A DNA stretch of 64,000 nt from Bacteroidales bacterium (lineage in GTDB: Bacteria > Bacteroidota > Bacteroidia > Bacteroidales > UBA7960): positions 9,201 to 73,200 of the forward strand of contig SKRM01000033.1 of the NCBI GenBank assembly GCA_007118495.1, read 5' to 3'. Position 1 is the stretch's first letter. Every line of letters begins with the position of its first letter. The position numbers and the translations under genes are program-made. Positions 58,460-64,000 of this stretch are shown here, piece by piece. The notes under the pieces are model-generated. The model worked only from the letters and a program-made list of their open reading frames with translations. It was not told where the DNA came from and did no database searches.

Positions 58460-58840
58460 AAAGGCAGGCCTGTAAGCCGGGTTCTGTGACAACTCCGTAA
58501 AGATGCCTCTTGTCATTTATCTGGGATAGTGTTCACACACTACCTCTTACGGCCTACCCTCCGGGATCGGGCGAGCAACCCTCAGTCCCCGGACTATTTG
58601 GCCTTTCAACGCATAAGGTTTACCCCCCTGACCAGTCACCTGGCCAGGTCGTGAGCTCTTACCTCACGTTTTCACCCTTACCGGTCTGGTAAAACCAGAC
58701 TTAGGCGGTTGTTTTCTGCGGCACTTTCTCTCGATCTGATAAACAGACCGGCTTCCCGTTAAGAAGTATGCTGCTCTGTGTTGCCCGGACTTTCCTCATT
58801 CCGCGCTAACACGAAACGCGACAAGACGACCTGCCTTTAT
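58460..58840 (-). ncRNA. rnpB: RNase P RNA, bacterial type A
   Basis: The minus strand contains GAGGAAAGTCCGGGC, GTGCCGCAGAAAACAACCGCC, GGTAAGGGTGAAAACGTGAGGTAAGAGCTCAC, GGCCAAATAG and the 3' ACAGAACCCGGCTTAC. The P1 helix is AAAGGCAGGTC / GGCCTGCCTTT. Ends are approximate, within about 5-10 nt. Confidence 0.93.
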
Positions 58841-58850
58841 TCAAAGAACT

Positions 58851-59924
58851 TTATTTTTGATGCCGGTAAAACAGCACCTCTGTGGCACCCATCCCATACC
58901 GGGCGTAGGGTGCGTCATAATACTCAATTGCCTGGGTTTTTGAAAGTAAACCAGACAAGGCTGTTTTTAAACTACCTTGTCCAACTCCATGGATAAAGAT
59001 CAGTTTACGCATTCTGACCTTAAGTGCCTCTTCCAGACAACGCTTTACGTAATCAAGCTGAAGCTGCAGCATGTCTGCATTGTCCATATTCAACGTACTG
59101 TCGGTAAGTGCCTGGATATGCAGATCAACTTCAGCCGTATCGTCTGAAACCATATGCCTTTCAAGGAAGCTTTCCCTGGTGGGTTTTGCTTTTCCTGTGC
59201 CTGACTCCCTTCCTCCTGGCTCTTTATTAAACCTGATTGAATCAGGTACTTCTATTTTTTTATCTTGCCCCCTCTCGTGCTTCAGGATATCGATCAACCT
59301 GATGGTAAATGCCTTTTGTCTGATCATCCTGCTAAAAGCAAAACTATCCTCCTTATATATTTTTACGGGCTTGAACACAATGTGTTCTGAGGCAGGTGGC
59401 AAAACATTTGTTTTTCCTTCTCTAAAAAAAACCATGTGGAGCAATCCATGTCCCCAGTCGTCAATTTCATTCCTTTCAACCTTGCCGAGACTTGTTTTCG
59501 AACCAGGAGGCAGCACACCTGACTTATGCCCTTTGTAGCTCCCTGACTGGTTGAGAAAGACGGCAAAATAGCCGGTAAAAGGTGAATGATTCAGCAGGTA
59601 AAAATCCATGGCTCCGGCAATGGGTTGATCCTGGTTGCGCGGTACCATGGCAAGATAAACTCCGGGTTGTTCTTCATCGGTTTGATGCGGAAGCAGGTGT
59701 AGTTTTTCATCATCCTGCTTCTGAAGCATGGCCGATGAACTCCTTCCGACAACCCTGGGTTGTTCTTCATCAATACTGGCTTTTAACAGGTCAGTAACTG
59801 CATAAGGAATTTCAAAACCATCTTCAATGGCCACATGAACGATATGGTCATCAATGATCTTTGTAACAATCCCACCCCCTTTTTCATTCAGAAACAATAC
59901 TTTGTCCCCGGCCTTGAATTTCAT
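58851..59924 (-). CDS. Smr-domain protein with DUF2027-like N-terminal domain
   Basis: 357 aa. The C-terminal Smr block reads EVDLHIQAL...LIFIHGVGQGSLKTAL. Confidence 0.78.
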   Translation of the reverse strand: MKFKAGDKVLFLNEKGGGIVTKIIDDHIVHVAIEDGFEIPYAVTDLLKASIDEEQPRVVGRSSSAMLQKQDDEKLHLLPHQTDEEQPGVYLAMVPRNQDQPIAGAMDFYLLNHSPFTGYFAVFLNQSGSYKGHKSGVLPPGSKTSLGKVERNEIDDWGHGLLHMVFFREGKTNVLPPASEHIVFKPVKIYKEDSFAFSRMIRQKAFTIRLIDILKHERGQDKKIEVPDSIRFNKEPGGRESGTGKAKPTRESFLERHMVSDDTAEVDLHIQALTDSTLNMDNADMLQLQLDYVKRCLEEALKVRMRKLIFIHGVGQGSLKTALSGLLSKTQAIEYYDAPYARYGMGATEVLFYRHQK

Positions 59925-60099
59925 TTCACAGTCTTTTGAATTCCTAATAGTAACGGAGAATCCCGCAATTTATGTATGTCATTAAAATAAAATGCAAAAT
60001 TAACATAAATCATCCTAATATCCTGTGTGGTTTTAACGTTATCACATGGTGATCTGTCGAATAAATCCAAGGGTTTTCACCTTGCCGGATTCAAAGTTG

Positions 60100-60107
60100 T
60101 ATTTTTG
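60100..60107 (+). promoter_or_regulatory. Bacteroidota -7 promoter motif TATTTTTG upstream of the flippase gene
   Basis: TATTTTTG 21 nt upstream of the ATG at 60128, embedded in an imperfect hairpin at 60085-60113. Confidence 0.35.
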
Positions 60108-60127
60108 ATCCGGAAAGTACACACCAT

Positions 60128-61609
60128 ATGCAGGGGAAGTTTGTAAAATACCTGAGTTTACTGCTGGTTTTAAACCTGCTCATTAAGCCATTCTGGATAC
60201 TCGGCATTGACAGGTCGGTACAAAATGCCGTCGGCGCGGGTGAGTATGGAATGTATTTCGCCCTTTTTAATTTTAGTTTCCTGTTTAATATCCTGTTAGA
60301 CCTTGGAATCACAAATTTTAACAACAAGAATATTTCCCAAAACAACTATTTGCTAACTAAGTATTTGTCAAATATTTTAGTGCTGAAGTTTGTGCTGTTC
60401 GGGCTTTATCTGGTGGTCACCCTGACCATTGCATTGTTTGTAAACTACAGCCAGGAACAATTGAATCTTCTGTACATATTAACCTTTAATCAGTTTTTGA
60501 GCAGCTTTATATTGTACCTCAGGTCAAACCTGGGTGGTTTGCATCTTTTTCGTTCAGATAGCTTTATATCTGTGCTGGATAAGACCCTTATGATCATAAT
60601 TTGTGCAGTGTTGTTATGGGGAAATGTGGTCAGTGAATTCCGGATTCAATATTTTATTTATGCCCAGACAGCCGGCTATTTGCTTTCAGCCGTTATCACT
60701 TTTTTGCTCGTGTTTGGCCGGACAAGTAAGCCTGACCTGAGGCTTATCTGGAATTTTCCGTTTTTACTTGCCATCATAAGACAAAGCTTTCCTTACGCCC
60801 TGCTGGTACTGCTCATGACTTTTCATAACAGGATTGACAGCGTAATGCTTGAGCGGATGCTTCCCGATGGTGCCAGCTATAGTGGAATATATGCCGCAGC
60901 ATACAGACTGCTTGATGCAGCAAATATGATCCCATACCTTTTTGCTGTTTTGTTATTGCCTATTTTTGCCAGAATGATCAAACAAAAACAGGATGTGATT
61001 CCGTTGGTAAGGCTTGCATTTACCTTGCTCATCGTTCCTGCGGTAATTGTTGCAGTTGTTTCATTTACTTATGCTGAACAAATAATGACTTTGCTATACC
61101 CTGTTCACCATGCAGAAACACAAGCAGATTTTGCCTTCAGGATTATGGAATCGTCAAGGGTTTTTGGCTTACTGATGGTTTGCTTTATGGCCATAAGCAC
61201 CACCTATATCATCGGTACACTGCTTACAGCCAATGGTAGTTTGCGCCACCTGAACATCGTTGCGACCATGGGTGTGTTACTGAATATTGTCTTGAATCTG
61301 GTTTTAATACCACGTTATCTTTCAACGGGCTCTGCAGTTGCCACCCTGATTACACAGTTGGCCATTGCGTGTGTCCAGCTGGTTTTACTTCGACGTCTTT
61401 TCAGTTTTCAGGTGCAAATTTTATTTGTGCTCCGAATCATGGTTTTTATGGCATTAACCGGTTTAATGGGGGTGCTTTCACTGCAATCGCCTTTTGACTG
61501 GAAAATCAATGTACTGGCCATAACAGCAGCCAGTCTTTTACTTGCTATGCTTTTAAAGGTGCTGAGGCCAGGGTTTATTTATCAGTTAATCAGGTATGGT
61601 GATGTGTAA
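60128..61609 (+). CDS. wzx: oligosaccharide/polysaccharide flippase (Wzx, MOP superfamily)
   Basis: 493 aa, about 12-14 TM, polysaccharide-biosynthesis-protein look, followed by Wzz-like and ligase-family genes. Confidence 0.78.
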   Translation: MQGKFVKYLSLLLVLNLLIKPFWILGIDRSVQNAVGAGEYGMYFALFNFSFLFNILLDLGITNFNNKNISQNNYLLTKYLSNILVLKFVLFGLYLVVTLTIALFVNYSQEQLNLLYILTFNQFLSSFILYLRSNLGGLHLFRSDSFISVLDKTLMIIICAVLLWGNVVSEFRIQYFIYAQTAGYLLSAVITFLLVFGRTSKPDLRLIWNFPFLLAIIRQSFPYALLVLLMTFHNRIDSVMLERMLPDGASYSGIYAAAYRLLDAANMIPYLFAVLLLPIFARMIKQKQDVIPLVRLAFTLLIVPAVIVAVVSFTYAEQIMTLLYPVHHAETQADFAFRIMESSRVFGLLMVCFMAISTTYIIGTLLTANGSLRHLNIVATMGVLLNIVLNLVLIPRYLSTGSAVATLITQLAIACVQLVLLRRLFSFQVQILFVLRIMVFMALTGLMGVLSLQSPFDWKINVLAITAASLLLAMLLKVLRPGFIYQLIRYGDV

Positions 61610-61709
61610 CAAACCATGGCCGGGTTACCGGGAAAAATCCCGATTTTTGACAAAGTTTTCTCAATAAGCTGACAGGATTGTCGTTATTAATGCATTAACA
61701 TTATATATT

Positions 61710-62741
61710 ATGGAACAGAAATACAGTGCCTTTGATTCAACGAATGTATTTATGTTTTTGATTCGCTGGTGGAAACACCTGCTTATCATATGTTTTGTGG
61801 CTGCGCTGGCATCTGCGGTGTTTTCCGGTCCTTCATTTATCACACCCAAATTTCAATCGACAGTCGTTATGTTTCCGGCAACAACCGGAAGCTTGTCCCG
61901 GTCAGTATTGGGTGGTGCTGCTGGTGCCCGGCAAGACTTTCTTCAATATGGTGACGTTGAAGAAGCAGAAAGACTTCTTCAGGTTTTGGAGTCAGGAAAT
62001 GTCCGCGACAGAGTGACATCAAGGTTTAATCTGATGGAACACTATGAAATTGCCGAAGATGCCTCATTCCGTCATACCCAGCTCACAGAGCAATACCGCA
62101 GTAATATTTCATTTCGCCGCACCCAATATGGTGCTGTCGAGATCAGGGTCCGCGATAAGGATCCCCGAATGGCCGCAGATATTGCCAATGAGTTAGCCGC
62201 ACTTGCTGATACTGTTCAGAATGAACTGCGACTGGAACGGGCCGGTCTTGCCTATGAGGTTGCTAAAAGGCAATATGAGACCTTGCAGCAGCAGGCAAAA
62301 GAAGCTGAGGACTCACTCAGGCATATCATGAAACTTGGTGTTTTTGACCTGGAAGGTCAGGCATCTATGCTGACCAGGCAGCTGGCAAAAGATTTGTCAG
62401 ACCAGCATACCCAGGGAGTTTCGGCTCTTGAAGAACGTTTGGAAAGGCTGGGTGAATACGGGGGAGCCTATTTGCTGCATGCAGCCTACCTGAGCAATGT
62501 AAGTGAACATCTTATTATGATCCAGAGACGATATCAGGAGGCCCGCACCGACCTGGAAAATTTTGTGCCTTTCAAATTCGTACTTGACAGTGCTTTTGAA
62601 GCTGAAAGAAAAGTGTATCCGGTCCGCTGGCTTATTGTATTTCTGTCAACATTTGCAGCTGGCTTTTTAGGCATCATGATATTGATGGTTGTCGAGAATT
62701 TGCAAGCCAAAGGGATCATTGCGTCCAAACCCACCAAATAA
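61710..62741 (+). CDS. polysaccharide co-polymerase / chain-length-determinant (Wzz-like) protein
   Basis: 343 aa with one TM near each terminus flanking a long charged coiled-coil-rich domain. Confidence 0.62.
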   Translation: MEQKYSAFDSTNVFMFLIRWWKHLLIICFVAALASAVFSGPSFITPKFQSTVVMFPATTGSLSRSVLGGAAGARQDFLQYGDVEEAERLLQVLESGNVRDRVTSRFNLMEHYEIAEDASFRHTQLTEQYRSNISFRRTQYGAVEIRVRDKDPRMAADIANELAALADTVQNELRLERAGLAYEVAKRQYETLQQQAKEAEDSLRHIMKLGVFDLEGQASMLTRQLAKDLSDQHTQGVSALEERLERLGEYGGAYLLHAAYLSNVSEHLIMIQRRYQEARTDLENFVPFKFVLDSAFEAERKVYPVRWLIVFLSTFAAGFLGIMILMVVENLQAKGIIASKPTK

Positions 62742-62756
62742 TTAAAAGAGATCGTT

Positions 62757-64000
62757 GTGCTCAGAGATAGTAAGCTATTCTGGCTTTATGGCGGCTCCGC
62801 TGTTTTTATGATACTCAACCTTGTACTTATCATGCATGATATGTATTGGTTGTCGGTGTTGCCATTTGTGCTGGGTCTGTTGCTGCTCCTCTTCTTTTCA
62901 CTCGACAAATTATTATTCCTGCTGGTAGTATTAACACCATTTACTTTTAAATTCAGGCATGAAGACCTTGGGTTTACCATAGATATTCCCACAGAGCCAT
63001 GGATTGTGGCCATTATGCTTCTATTCTTTTTTCGTCTTGCCTATGAACGAACCTACGATACAAGGGTGCTCAGGCATCCGGTTACTGTTATCATTCTCAT
63101 TCAGCTACTATGGATGCTGGTTACCACATTTACAAGTGAAATCCCCCTGGTGTCGGCAAAATATTTTATTTCGCGGCTGTGGTACGTAGTGACATTCTAT
63201 TTTGTAGCCATATACCTGTTCCGTGAGCAGAAGAATATGCAGAAATTCATGTGGTTATTTGGCGGAGCGCTCCTGGTGGTTGTACTTATTTCAACCTACA
63301 GGCACTTTCTTCTGGGGTTTGAACGCACTCTGGGATACTGGGTAGTGCGGCCCTTCTTTAATGACCACACCCATTATTCAGCTGTGATTGCACTCGTTGC
63401 ACCCTTTTTTGTTGTGATGGCATTTAATCGTTCAGACAGTGTGCTTCGTCGTCGTCTGGCCATGATAATTTTCATTGTCTTTTGTGCTGGTATCTTGTTC
63501 AGCTACAGCAGAGCATCATGGCTAAGCCTGATGTTTGCCCTTATCGGTTTTGTTATACTGGTTTTTCGCATCAGGTTTAGATTTATTCTTGCCGGTCTGG
63601 TTTTGGTCATTGGCAGCTTCACGCTGTTTCAGACTGAAATCATTATGCAACTTGAGAGGAATCAGCAAGAGTCATCTGGCGACTTTGCAGAACACCTCAG
63701 GTCTGTCTCCAATATTACATCAGACGCCTCAAACCTTGAACGTATCAACAGGTGGCGCTCTGCTTACCGGATGTACCAGGAAAGACCGGTTCTTGGATGG
63801 GGGCCGGGCACTTATCAGTTTGTTTATGCCCCTTTTCAGCGATATGAAGATTATACCATCATTACAACCCATTTCGGCGATCTCGGTAATGCCCACAGTG
63901 AATATATCGGGCCATTGGCCGAAAGTGGGATACCTGGCATGGTGTTAATGCTTTCACTGGCCCTTGCAGTATTGGCAATGGGGGTTCGGCTTTTTAAGGA
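62757..64000 (+). CDS. O-antigen ligase / Wzy-family polymerase membrane protein (3' end beyond window)
   Basis: Open-ended frame not in the track. Manual translation from the GTG at 62757 (alternative ATG at 62808) gives a polytopic protein with SYSRASWLSL and GNAHSEYIGPLAESGIPG blocks typical of the Wzy_C/O-antigen ligase domain. Confidence 0.75.
   Translation, partial: MLRDSKLFWLYGGSAVFMILNLVLIMHDMYWLSVLPFVLGLLLLLFFSLDKLLFLLVVLTPFTFKFRHEDLGFTIDIPTEPWIVAIMLLFFFRLAYERTYDTRVLRHPVTVIILIQLLWMLVTTFTSEIPLVSAKYFISRLWYVVTFYFVAIYLFREQKNMQKFMWLFGGALLVVVLISTYRHFLLGFERTLGYWVVRPFFNDHTHYSAVIALVAPFFVVMAFNRSDSVLRRRLAMIIFIVFCAGILFSYSRASWLSLMFALIGFVILVFRIRFRFILAGLVLVIGSFTLFQTEIIMQLERNQQESSGDFAEHLRSVSNITSDASNLERINRWRSAYRMYQERPVLGWGPGTYQFVYAPFQRYEDYTIITTHFGDLGNAHSEYIGPLAESGIPGMVLMLSLALAVLAMGVRLFK

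Noticed and set aside
58510-58996. ORFs 58510-58692 (60 aa) and 58778-58996 (72 aa).
   Set aside because: They fall within or overlap the RNase P RNA gene and the 3' end of the Smr gene. The region is explained by rnpB.

Overview
The window reads as a densely coding core-chromosome segment of a Bacteroidota-type genome. Support for that assignment: the TAnnTTTG -7 promoter motif recurs upstream of several genes, the V-ATPase operon carries a DUF2764 gene, a bacterial GH3-family gene is present, and LysRS is the long 574-aa form. I call about 55 genes with short intergenic gaps.

I found no rRNA, tRNA, CRISPR array, transposase, integrase or other mobile element.

Layout:
- 1-11771 (minus): one co-directional respiratory block. 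It runs Alternative Complex III actA-F, then SCO1/SenC, then haem-copper oxidase subunits I, III, IV and II. Subunit II is cut by the window edge.
- 12-24 kb: hybrid sensor kinase, pgk, an aminotransferase/omega-amidase pair, parE, a TonB-dependent-type outer-membrane barrel and a 476-aa protein of unknown function.
- 23.9-26.2 kb: a compact rfbD-crtW-lycopene cyclase string.
- 26.2-33.7 kb: a seven-gene V-type ATPase operon whose K subunit keeps the Na+-binding residues.
- 34-38.7 kb: YceI, a Tat-signal DUF362 protein paired with a NapH-like membrane polyferredoxin, a small membrane protein and DUF3109.
- 38.7-53.4 kb: housekeeping genes gltX, LysE, GH3, lysS, rlmD, oligopeptidase B, a NadR-like kinase with a DMT transporter, gpx and gyrB.
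- 53.5-59.9 kb: a large TPR protein with a putative porin, RNase P RNA (rnpB) and a Smr-domain protein.
- 60.1-64 kb: the start of a surface-polysaccharide locus (Wzx flippase, Wzz-like protein, O-antigen-ligase-family protein running off the window).

I see no convincing defence island or wholly new system. The least-explained element is the DUF362/polyferredoxin redox module. Next come the six-haem ActA, the unusual oxidase gene order and the isolated 476-aa unknown protein. All functional calls rest on motifs recognised by eye in the supplied translations; no database search was run.
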